A stretch of 64,000 nucleotides of DNA, taken from IMG/VR virus record IMGVR_UViG_3300016474_000883. One strand, written 5' to 3'. A program made the translations under genes and the position numbers. The notes under the pieces were generated by a model. The model did no database searches, had not been told where the DNA came from, and saw nothing but the letters and a program-made list of their open reading frames with translations. Every line of letters begins with the position of its first letter. Within the stretch, counting starts at the first letter, position 1. The DNA is from an uncultured virus (IMG/VR IMGVR_UViG_3300016474_000883). Its lineage: Duplodnaviria; Heunggongvirae; Uroviricota; Caudoviricetes. Shown one piece after another: positions 7,643 to 15,030 of the stretch.

Positions 7643-7842
7643 TTTTTAGAAATTGAATTAAATACTTTCTCAAGTGCATGCCAAATCAAAGCCAACACCA
7701 CACCTACTAGTGCTATTGGCCAAACCAATGAAGCAATAACTGCGTGAGTCATATTAACTTCTTCTCCTGCTTCACATCTGCTATTGTAAAGTGCATACGC
7801 TACAAATGTAGCGAAAAAACCTATAATGTAACTTGTAATCAT
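7639..7842 (-). CDS. small membrane protein
   Basis: Two hydrophobic segments, S..WP motif. Confidence 0.65.
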   Translation of the reverse strand: MITSYIIGFFATFVAYALYNSRCEAGEEVNMTHAVIASLVWPIALVGVVLALIWHALEKVFNSISKK

Positions 7843-7864
7843 ACTTATAATATAATAATTGTTT

Positions 7865-8275
7865 TTACTTATCCAAATTTTTTCTTAAATAATCTGGTAT
7901 CATGGGGCAGGTTTTTAATTCCCATCCTTCACTACCATCATATTCCCATCTCTCTAACCATGCTCCATATGTTAACCATACTTTACCATACAAGTGTTGT
8001 GTACCATAACCATTGTTATAATTGAAGTCAAGGAGGTTATAGAACCTATTTAACTCATCTTCAGTGTGGTGGAGTGGAAGTCGAATCAATTCATTTGGTT
8101 CATCATAATCTCCCTCATAAGTAATATCAGCACACACTAAATAAAATCCTCGTTTTTTTGAGGTTTCTAAAATTGTCATTAATTCTTCTCTAGCGTTCAT
8201 AGTTGAATCTATATTTGTTAAACCATCCATTAATGTTGAGTCCCAATCTGAGATATCGTCATCATCTATAGCCAT
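7865..8275 (-). CDS. conserved phage hypothetical protein
   Basis: YNNGYG...GKVW...WLER.EYDGSEGW motif. Confidence 0.7.
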   Translation of the reverse strand: MAIDDDDISDWDSTLMDGLTNIDSTMNAREELMTILETSKKRGFYLVCADITYEGDYDEPNELIRLPLHHTEDELNRFYNLLDFNYNNGYGTQHLYGKVWLTYGAWLERWEYDGSEGWELKTCPMIPDYLRKNLDK

Positions 8276-8613
8276 CCTTTTCCTTTTAAGTGGTGTAAAA
8301 ATGATCGTAAATAATTAATGTCACCTGTTCCCCAACCATCTGTAATTAATACTTTTAATGATTCAGGATTACCTTCTAACACCCCATTCATCCATCCTAA
8401 GTGGTCCCAATATTCTTTTTTATGAGGGTTAACTCGCTTATCAATCATCTCAATGCTAACATCTTTTGGGTAATCAGGACTTATATGAGCATCAAAAACA
8501 AAAAAATCATCTTCAACTACACATCCTATGTAGTCTATTACTTCTAAATTACATGGTTCAAATGATGGTTCTTTAATATACCATACACCATTGATTTGTA
8601 TTCTGTTTTCCAT
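8266..8613 (-). CDS. hypothetical protein
   Basis: 115-aa ORF. Confidence 0.65.
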   Translation of the reverse strand: MENRIQINGVWYIKEPSFEPCNLEVIDYIGCVVEDDFFVFDAHISPDYPKDVSIEMIDKRVNPHKKEYWDHLGWMNGVLEGNPESLKVLITDGWGTGDINYLRSFLHHLKGKGWL

Positions 8614-8614
8614 A

Positions 8615-8845
8615 TTAGTCTTCTATGTTAAATAATTTACGAAGTTGTTTAGACCAAAACCCTGCCGCGGGAAGAGCTATAATAAACAAATATAAAAATG
8701 CTCCCCATAGTTGCCAAGCGTTTGTTGTTTGTTCATTACGGGCTAATTCTAGACCATGTCCTCCAAAACACACAACACTTATTGTTAGGAATGTAATTAC
8801 CATAAATTGCATTGTTGCCTTAACGGCCGATGTTTCTTCTTTCAT
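8615..8845 (-). CDS. small two-TM membrane protein
   Basis: Hydrophobic segments. Confidence 0.6.
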   Translation of the reverse strand: MKEETSAVKATMQFMVITFLTISVVCFGGHGLELARNEQTTNAWQLWGAFLYLFIIALPAAGFWSKQLRKLFNIED

Positions 8846-8863
8846 AACTTTTTTATTTTTTAA

Positions 8864-9157
8864 TTAAACTTCATATGTTGTGTAAGGGTGATAATCAACA
8901 CAATACACTTTTACTTTATCTATTACTGTTGTAACTTCATCTCGAGTTACATTTTTCCAAGCATACTTAAAATACCCTTCATATTCATCAGGGAATTTAC
9001 CTTCATATGGATTCCATTCTAAACATTCAGCTTCACCTCTACCAACAGCATAATAATCATCTAAACCAGCTCTAAGGTCTTCAAATGTAGATGCTGTCAT
9101 AATAGGTTTATATCCATTTAAATCCATGGCTACATATGTTACTTTAACTCTACTCAT
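8864..9157 (-). CDS. hypothetical protein
   Basis: 97-aa ORF. Confidence 0.65.
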   Translation of the reverse strand: MSRVKVTYVAMDLNGYKPIMTASTFEDLRAGLDDYYAVGRGEAECLEWNPYEGKFPDEYEGYFKYAWKNVTRDEVTTVIDKVKVYCVDYHPYTTYEV

Positions 9158-9299
9158 AACTTTTATTTTTATAGTTAGGATAACATTTTAATAATTATAG
9201 GGCAAAAAAGTGCAATTATCATAAACATATAGATTGGAAATGGATCTATTGGATAACAACCCTCTTCTATTGTTTTATGAAAATCTTTAATTATCTTTT

Positions 9300-9563
9300 T
9301 CATAGATCTCCTCTATTTATTTTGTAATTATAACCTCTAGTGTCTAGAGCTCTATTAATTCTATCTACAAAATACCATTCTGGTTCTGTGTCATGTACCT
9401 CTGGATGTACTAATGCTACTTGAGCAATTTGTTCTTTTATGAGTTGCTTTAACTCACCTTCAATAACAAATTTATCTCCAAAAATAGTGTGGTGGATATT
9501 GAAGTAAGCTTGAGTACATGCCTCATTACCTTCTTCTGTGAACATTTCAAATTCTACTGCCAT
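9300..9563 (-). CDS. hypothetical protein
   Basis: FEMFTEEGN and E..DTE motifs; behind promoter 9591-9623. Confidence 0.7.
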   Translation of the reverse strand: MAVEFEMFTEEGNEACTQAYFNIHHTIFGDKFVIEGELKQLIKEQIAQVALVHPEVHDTEPEWYFVDRINRALDTRGYNYKINRGDL

Positions 9564-9590
9564 AACCTTTATTTGTTTTAATTATTTAAC

Positions 9591-9623
9591 TAAATATAAC
9601 ATCACTTTCTTGGAAAGCCAAAC
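9591..9623 (-). promoter_or_regulatory. Bacteroidota-type early promoter
   Basis: Copy of the 33-bp element. Confidence 0.75.
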
Positions 9624-9632
9624 TTATTTTTG

Positions 9633-9702
9633 TAGTCAGGACAGGATTCGAACCTGCATCTCCCGTACCAATACGAGGCGTTACCAATTACGCCACCTGA
9701 CT
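9633..9702 (-). ncRNA. tRNA-like RNA with shortened anticodon arm (undetermined or pseudo-tRNA)
   Basis: AGTCAGG/CCTGACT acceptor, GCGT-AATTGGTA-ACGC D arm, GCAGG-TTCGAAT-CCTGT T arm; anticodon arm CTCGTA-TTGG-TACGGG has no 7-nt loop. Confidence 0.75.
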
Positions 9703-9703
9703 T

Positions 9704-9831
9704 GAGGATGAGAAGTCCTCTGTGTTGTAGGATTAGATTTATCCTCTTATTAGCAATCATTCCTTTCTCAAGGGAACAACACTTGAAACTACCACCCAAG
9801 TGAGCTGTTCGTCATGGGAAGCCTAGTGGTA
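9704..9831 (-). ncRNA. candidate structured non-coding RNA
   Basis: Nested inverted repeats TACCAC/GTGGTA, GTGTTGT/ACAACAC, AGGAT/ATCCT, GAGGA/TCCTC in an intergenic stretch that is GC-richer than its flanks. Confidence 0.45.
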
Positions 9832-9938
9832 CCTATCCTAACAATGCTATTGTCAAAATTACAATAACAAATAATGTAAATGCTTTAATTGGATCTTCAA
9901 GTTGTTTTACCATGTTTTTATGTTTTTTATTTATTGTC

Positions 9939-9971
9939 TAAATATAACATCAAACTCTGGTAAGGCCAAAC
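9939..9971 (-). promoter_or_regulatory. Bacteroidota-type early promoter
   Basis: Copy of the 33-bp element; would drive a 26-aa TM peptide (9833-9913) and the RNA elements. Confidence 0.75.
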
Positions 9972-9972
9972 A

Positions 9973-10173
9973 TTAATAATCCCTTTTATAATTTCTTTCA
10001 ACTGGTTTGTAAGCATCCCTATGCCATCCACAACCACCATTATCCTTATTAACAAAATTATTTCTATGATGGGAAATTAAATGTCTTTGATGATGGTAAT
10101 ATTGATGTTCAACATAACATGAGTTAAGTAAAATAGTGAGGGTCACTACAACAAGTAATTTTAATTTATTCAT
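9973..10173 (-). CDS. small lipoprotein
   Basis: Signal peptide with LNSC lipobox; His-rich. Confidence 0.6.
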   Translation of the reverse strand: MNKLKLLVVVTLTILLNSCYVEHQYYHHQRHLISHHRNNFVNKDNGGCGWHRDAYKPVERNYKRDY

Positions 10174-10889
10174 AATTTATTAATTTTTATTTGTTTATTT
10201 TCATATACTAAATATTCAGGTGTATTGTCTAGACAGTCAATAAAGTAGTAGCGTCCACCTGTAGCTTTACCTTTAGCGTCAATTTGTTTCACAGCGGTAT
10301 GACCAACTACTTGTATTATTGTTTTTTTAACTTCTTGACATGCCTTCATTAGACTCCTAGGTCGAATCCATAATGGACCTTGAAATACATCATCACCATA
10401 AGGATCACTATGTCCATATCCATTGTCTGCGAATTTGAATTTATGAGGTTGATAATACCATAAGTCATTTATAAATTCAACTATACCTTGATCACCCCAT
10501 CCATTATTAAATAGAAATTCAGGGGTAATACCAGCATGACTAAAAACTAAATCATCAATATTATAAGCTATTTGCAGGTGATGTTTATTTGTTTCTAATA
10601 CTTGACCAATTTGAATATACAAGTCTCTTTGAAAACCACTGTACCTATCATTATAAGCCTCAGGCATATAATGAAAATCATGATTACCAATTAACATCAC
10701 AACTTTACATTGTGGGTTATCATGTTTCCACTGTATAATGTTTTTGAAATTATTGATTTGGTCTATGCCTGGAATGTTAAAACTGTCAAAGTAGTCTCCT
10801 ACAAATACAACAGTGTCAGGTTGTTCTGTTTCAACAATTTGTTTCCAAATGTCACGTCCGTGAATATCTCCTATTGCCACTAATTTCAT
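10170..10889 (-). CDS. calcineurin-like metallophosphoesterase
   Basis: GDIHG, GDYFD, GNHD, SHAG and GHT motifs. Confidence 0.92.
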   Translation of the reverse strand: MKLVAIGDIHGRDIWKQIVETEQPDTVVFVGDYFDSFNIPGIDQINNFKNIIQWKHDNPQCKVVMLIGNHDFHYMPEAYNDRYSGFQRDLYIQIGQVLETNKHHLQIAYNIDDLVFSHAGITPEFLFNNGWGDQGIVEFINDLWYYQPHKFKFADNGYGHSDPYGDDVFQGPLWIRPRSLMKACQEVKKTIIQVVGHTAVKQIDAKGKATGGRYYFIDCLDNTPEYLVYENKQIKINKL

Positions 10890-10893
10890 ACTC

Positions 10894-10926
10894 TAAATAT
10901 AATAAAAAATGGCCCGAAGGCCAAAT
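10894..10926 (-). terminator. UUCG-loop terminator nested in a -33/-7 promoter
   Basis: Minus strand TTTGGCC-TTCG-GGCCA-TTTTTT-AT-TATATTTA. Confidence 0.75.
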
Positions 10927-10928
10927 TT

Positions 10929-11378
10929 TTATAAAACTAAGATTAAAATAATTGCTGTGATTATCCCACCTTCAGCTATGGCTATCCTTCGCCACCTACG
11001 TTTTCTACCATCCTCTCTATCCAATTTGATATTTGCTTGATCAAGTTGGGTATCTTTTTCTCTCAACTCAAGAGTACAATCACGTCTTAAGTCTTTATGT
11101 TTCTCATCCAAACGAACATAGCTGTCTGATAATTGAGAGTAGTTAAGACTAATTTTCTTAAGGTATAACTGACAGTCATACGCCTGGAGGAACATACTGT
11201 CTAAATTTTCTTTATAGATGTTCTTCCAATAGAATGTTTCAATTACCTTCTCTTCTTGACTCCTGTTCAAGAAGATCCCAGTATCGAGTTGGTAGACTAT
11301 CCTTGGCGCTGAAAATTTTTGCCCAAACACTGTCACGCTGAGGATCACTAAGAGTAGGAATACGCTTAATTTTTTCAT
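10929..11378 (-). CDS. putative spanin-like lysis protein
   Basis: Signal peptide, coiled coil and C-terminal TM; overlaps the upstream gene in the lysis cassette. Confidence 0.5.
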   Translation of the reverse strand: MKKLSVFLLLVILSVTVFGQKFSAPRIVYQLDTGIFLNRSQEEKVIETFYWKNIYKENLDSMFLQAYDCQLYLKKISLNYSQLSDSYVRLDEKHKDLRRDCTLELREKDTQLDQANIKLDREDGRKRRWRRIAIAEGGIITAIILILVL

Positions 11379-11619
11379 TTGATTTTTTATTTTTGGTTTT
11401 AGTTTCTACTATACGATCCATATAAATGGTATCATATTCAATTAAAATTTCTTTAGTTACTTTATCTAAACTGTCTTTTTGTCTGTTCAATAATTCAATT
11501 TCCTCATCAGTGAAGTCAGAACCTGGTTTGTTACAGTTTTTAAGTTTCACAATGGCGAATATAGCTACAGTTGCTATTAAAACCCACTTTACAATGTTGT
11601 CATATCTTACTTGTCCCAT
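11239..11619 (-). CDS. putative i-spanin-like protein
   Basis: N-terminal TM plus charged helical region, after the endolysin. Confidence 0.5.
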   Translation of the reverse strand: MGQVRYDNIVKWVLIATVAIFAIVKLKNCNKPGSDFTDEEIELLNRQKDSLDKVTKEILIEYDTIYMDRIVETKTKNKKSNEKIKRIPTLSDPQRDSVWAKIFSAKDSLPTRYWDLLEQESRREGN

Positions 11620-12194
11620 CTTGTTATATGTATATTTGCGTTTAACGGTCTTATTTTCTCATAAAATCCATTTCCTTCTCTATCACCATTTCCATCTGTA
11701 TTGCCTTCACCTGTCACAACAGCTGAATTACCTATTGTTTTCTTAATTATAAAAGCATGTCCTATTGCTTTAAATCGTTTTGGATTGTTCCTATACTTAG
11801 CATATGATAATGTTCCTGAATCGCCAGGTCTTATAGGTTCTCTGAGTACACCATCAGTAAATATAACATGTTTTTTATTATATGCTGTTGGACTCCATCC
11901 GGTCACTGTTGTTTTAATTCCAGCCAACTTATAAATCAATTTAAGTGAAAAAGCACACCATGCTGCTCCTTTCCACCAACCCACTTCTTTCATCATTCGT
12001 TCAAATGAAGCATTATCAAATCCTTCATTGTTACCAATTTCTTTTATACCTTCAAAACTGTCAGCTATTTGAACAGCGACATCTGCTTTTTGATAATATT
12101 CAACTAGACAATTGGAATTATCACTCGGAACACCTGTATAAGCATATAAAGGTATAAGAAAAAGCAAATAGGATAATATGATAGTTTTAGCCAT
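11607..12194 (-). CDS. CHAP-family peptidoglycan hydrolase (endolysin)
   Basis: AWCAF catalytic Cys, GHAFII His, EGNT motif; hydrophobic N-terminus. Confidence 0.8.
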   Translation of the reverse strand: MAKTIILSYLLFLIPLYAYTGVPSDNSNCLVEYYQKADVAVQIADSFEGIKEIGNNEGFDNASFERMMKEVGWWKGAAWCAFSLKLIYKLAGIKTTVTGWSPTAYNKKHVIFTDGVLREPIRPGDSGTLSYAKYRNNPKRFKAIGHAFIIKKTIGNSAVVTGEGNTDGNGDREGNGFYEKIRPLNANIHITRWDK

Positions 12195-12472
12195 GGGGGT
12201 AGGTTTTTAAAATCTTCTTTAACACTTGATGATGTGGAGTAGAAGTATTTATAAATACCTTTAAAGGTAAAATACATACCGCCCAAAATGATTCCATTAA
12301 ATAAAATCATAATTAAACTAGCAAGCATTGCTCTATGGAACCAATCAGTTGAATACATTGGATCACCAAATACTTCTTCTTGAACCATTCCATAAACAAA
12401 AAATCCAATAAATGCTAGAGGCACACTCCAAACAAAATCCCATAACTTAAGCCATCTTAATAGTCTTTTCAT
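12104..12472 (-). CDS. putative holin (3 TM)
   Basis: Three hydrophobic segments directly upstream of the endolysin. Confidence 0.5.
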   Translation of the reverse strand: MKRLLRWLKLWDFVWSVPLAFIGFFVYGMVQEEVFGDPMYSTDWFHRAMLASLIMILFNGIILGGMYFTFKGIYKYFYSTSSSVKEDFKNLPPWLKLSYYPICFFLYLYMLIQVFRVIIPIV

Positions 12473-12485
12473 AGTAACATTTTAT

Positions 12486-12494
12486 TATAAATAT
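12486..12494 (-). promoter_or_regulatory. putative late promoter ATATTTATA
   Basis: Motif recurs just upstream of about 12 minus-strand genes that lack the -33 box. Confidence 0.5.
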
Positions 12495-12505
12495 TATAAA
12501 GGGCG

Positions 12506-12841
12506 TTATTTCAACGCCCTGTAAACTTTAATCTTAACTCGTCTCTTAAAACAACTGAATGTTTTAGACCAAGTACTGATATTAGCCTCATAAACATTTG
12601 ACTTTAGATACTGGTATGCTTTTTTAAGTGAACGTTTCAGTTTAGGATAAGAATGGATTAGTTCAAAAAACTTATTCAGATTCATATATGAATCAGAAAC
12701 CCATCTCCCACTTTGCCAAATAGCTAGAACAGTTGTTACATTATTAACTTCATCTACTAAACATACTTTAATGTTTTTATCCCAAGAATCAGGGACAATT
12801 TGTGCTGCATAGTTGTCTTTAAGTGCAATTGTTGTTACCAT
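12506..12841 (-). CDS. hypothetical protein
   Basis: 111-aa ORF. Confidence 0.6.
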   Translation of the reverse strand: MVTTIALKDNYAAQIVPDSWDKNIKVCLVDEVNNVTTVLAIWQSGRWVSDSYMNLNKFFELIHSYPKLKRSLKKAYQYLKSNVYEANISTWSKTFSCFKRRVKIKVYRALK

Positions 12842-12889
12842 AACTTTTTATTTTATTTAAATTTAATATTAGGTTTTGAAATTTACAAA

Positions 12890-13456
12890 TTAATCTTTAA
12901 GAAAAGCTACCAAATCTACTCTGGATAGATAAGCCAAAGTATCAGGTACTATATCTGTGGAATCAGGTTTAATCCAATGGTCAATGTAATTTTTCTTTAC
13001 TGCATTGCGAGCATAACTGTTTATAACAGGTCTACCTGTATTGTATGCCCCAGCTGCTTTACCCCAGTCGTTATAACGGTTATACCACTCTTGAAGCATT
13101 TTCATAGATATTTTAACATTCAATTCAATACTATCCTTTAGCACTAGTTTTCTTACTTTAAAACCAGCATAATATGAAGCATATTGAGGCATAATCTGCA
13201 TTGGCCCTAATGCCCCAGCACTAGATATTTGTTTGTGGTTGTAATTATCATGGAATGGCCCTTTATATCCAGTCTCTATTCTAGCAACATTAAAAGCGAT
13301 ATGTAGAGGTACATCATACTGTTTAGCATACGTCATAATAGATGCATACAATCGTTGAGCTGGGGTTAGTTTTACTTGTTCAGATGGTGTATTGCAGAAG
13401 GAAGTGATACAAATCACAGTTGCGAGAGTCGCAACCACTAATAATATTTTTTTCAT
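12890..13456 (-). CDS. SLT-family lytic transglycosylase with signal peptide
   Basis: IETG catalytic Glu, GALGPMQIMP, AYNTG. Confidence 0.9.
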   Translation of the reverse strand: MKKILLVVATLATVICITSFCNTPSEQVKLTPAQRLYASIMTYAKQYDVPLHIAFNVARIETGYKGPFHDNYNHKQISSAGALGPMQIMPQYASYYAGFKVRKLVLKDSIELNVKISMKMLQEWYNRYNDWGKAAGAYNTGRPVINSYARNAVKKNYIDHWIKPDSTDIVPDTLAYLSRVDLVAFLKD

Positions 13457-13473
13457 AGTTGTTAAGTTTTGAT

Positions 13474-13505
13474 TAAATATAATAAAAAAAGGCCCGAAGG
13501 CCTAA
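13474..13505 (-). terminator. UUCG-loop terminator nested in a promoter
   Basis: Minus strand AGGCC-TTCG-GGCCT-TTTTTT then TATATTTA. Confidence 0.75.
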
Positions 13506-13534
13506 TTTTAATATTAAAAAAGTAAGGATTTTAA

Positions 13535-13900
13535 TTAAGTTGATTTTGGTTTTAAATAATAAAAATCATGATACATACGTATTCTACCACCATCATCTTC
13601 AAAATCAACTGAGCTAACACCTACAAATGTATATCCTTTGTCTTCAATCTTTCTTTTAGCATCAGCTCCAAACATATTGTATGAGTCTTTATTGCCACCT
13701 AAATAACCACCTCTAGTTCTAATTCTAAAATATCCATCATACTCCTTCTCAGTATTATCCTGTCCAGTTTCTGGGTCATACATTCTTTTTGTTTGGGTAG
13801 ATCTTTCATCTCTAAATTCTCCCATTTCAACATCTCTGCTGTAATCAGCTTCATTTAGTTGGTCACGTCTCCACTTGTATACATTAAAATCTTTACTCAT
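13535..13900 (-). CDS. putative late/virion-associated protein
   Basis: ATATTTATA upstream; N-terminal FNVYKWRRDQLNE leader. Confidence 0.55.
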   Translation of the reverse strand: MSKDFNVYKWRRDQLNEADYSRDVEMGEFRDERSTQTKRMYDPETGQDNTEKEYDGYFRIRTRGGYLGGNKDSYNMFGADAKRKIEDKGYTFVGVSSVDFEDDGGRIRMYHDFYYLKPKST

Positions 13901-13925
13901 TACTTTATTTTATTTATTATAAATA

Positions 13926-14591
13926 TTATCGATATATAGAACAGTTACGAGTATTAACCATAAATGGTTGATATATAATTCCAATACTGTTATTCATATA
14001 TCCTGTAAATTGTCTATTATTAAGATCCATCATATCAAAATTATATTTTGGATCATATAAACCAACTAATGTTGTCTTAACAAATATAGTTATCCTCCAA
14101 GTAAGATCCAAGCTAGGTCTAAGAGAAACTACCACATTAGGTAAAAGTTCTTCCTTATACTCAATTACATCTGAATGGTTTTTAGTATGAGTGACTCCTA
14201 CTCCTACAAATCCTTGTACTCTAAAATGTTCCTCAAATAAAGAAACAGGTCTAGGATCTCTAGGATTATAACGGTTATAGTAGTCATACAAGTTATAACC
14301 AATACCAGCATTAAAACGAGTATAAGTTGTTTTAAATGGGGTTGGTCTAGTAGAATTACGATTAAAATCAATAGCAGATTCTAATCGAAATATCTCCCTA
14401 TCCATAGTGATAACTGTTATACCAGCTTCATAATGATGATAAGGCAGAGAGCTTATTTGGTTTGGTTTTGTAGTTGATAATGCTACAAAATGGTTACCCA
14501 TACTAATATCAGTACGGATACGATAAATAAGGCGCTGTCCTGAACACAGGACAGACGCCATTATTAATAAGAAAGTAAATAATTGTTTCAT
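13926..14591 (-). CDS. putative outer-membrane beta-barrel protein
   Basis: Signal peptide; alternating beta-strand segments (FNAGIGYNL, FVGVGVT, SIGIIYQP). Confidence 0.5.
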   Translation of the reverse strand: MKQLFTFLLIMASVLCSGQRLIYRIRTDISMGNHFVALSTTKPNQISSLPYHHYEAGITVITMDREIFRLESAIDFNRNSTRPTPFKTTYTRFNAGIGYNLYDYYNRYNPRDPRPVSLFEEHFRVQGFVGVGVTHTKNHSDVIEYKEELLPNVVVSLRPSLDLTWRITIFVKTTLVGLYDPKYNFDMMDLNNRQFTGYMNNSIGIIYQPFMVNTRNCSIYR

Positions 14592-14596
14592 GTGTT

Positions 14597-14968
14597 TTAA
14601 TATTGGTTTACTACTCTAAGAGGTTTTTTAAAACGTTCTTCATGGTATGTTCTACCATCTGAATATTTTACCTCGTCAACGTAAAAATCAAATAAAACAC
14701 ATTTTTCAGTTACTGTTAAAAACAAATCACCTAACACCTTAGAGTTACTGTTAGGTAGATTTATTAACCAAACACCATCCACTATATCATAACCATGAGC
14801 TGTCTCTATCAAGTAACTTTTTAATTCGTCCCTTACATCTGGGGCTACATTGTACATACTAAACAGAGTGTCCTGGTAGCTGTCTAATGTAAAGGCAAAT
14901 AATCCATCAACTTGTGCTTTTGCTCCGAAACCTATTAGTAGCATTAAAGCTAAAAATAAGTGTTTCAT
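14597..14968 (-). CDS. secreted hypothetical protein
   Basis: Signal peptide ending AKA-Q. Confidence 0.65.
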   Translation of the reverse strand: MKHLFLALMLLIGFGAKAQVDGLFAFTLDSYQDTLFSMYNVAPDVRDELKSYLIETAHGYDIVDGVWLINLPNSNSKVLGDLFLTVTEKCVLFDFYVDEVKYSDGRTYHEERFKKPLRVVNQY

Positions 14969-15030
14969 ATTTAGGTTTTAATTAGTTACTTAGCCAGTCG
15001 TAACGGCTTAACTGCAACTAACAACCTTAA

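Noticed and set aside
9602..9799. 65-aa minus-strand ORF
   Set aside because: It overlaps the tRNA-like RNA, the structured region and a promoter; non-ATG start and no protein features.
9790..9831. Hammerhead ribozyme in the structured intergenic RNA
   Set aside because: ATGACGA only partly matches CUGANGA, and I could not place GAAA and three stems consistently.
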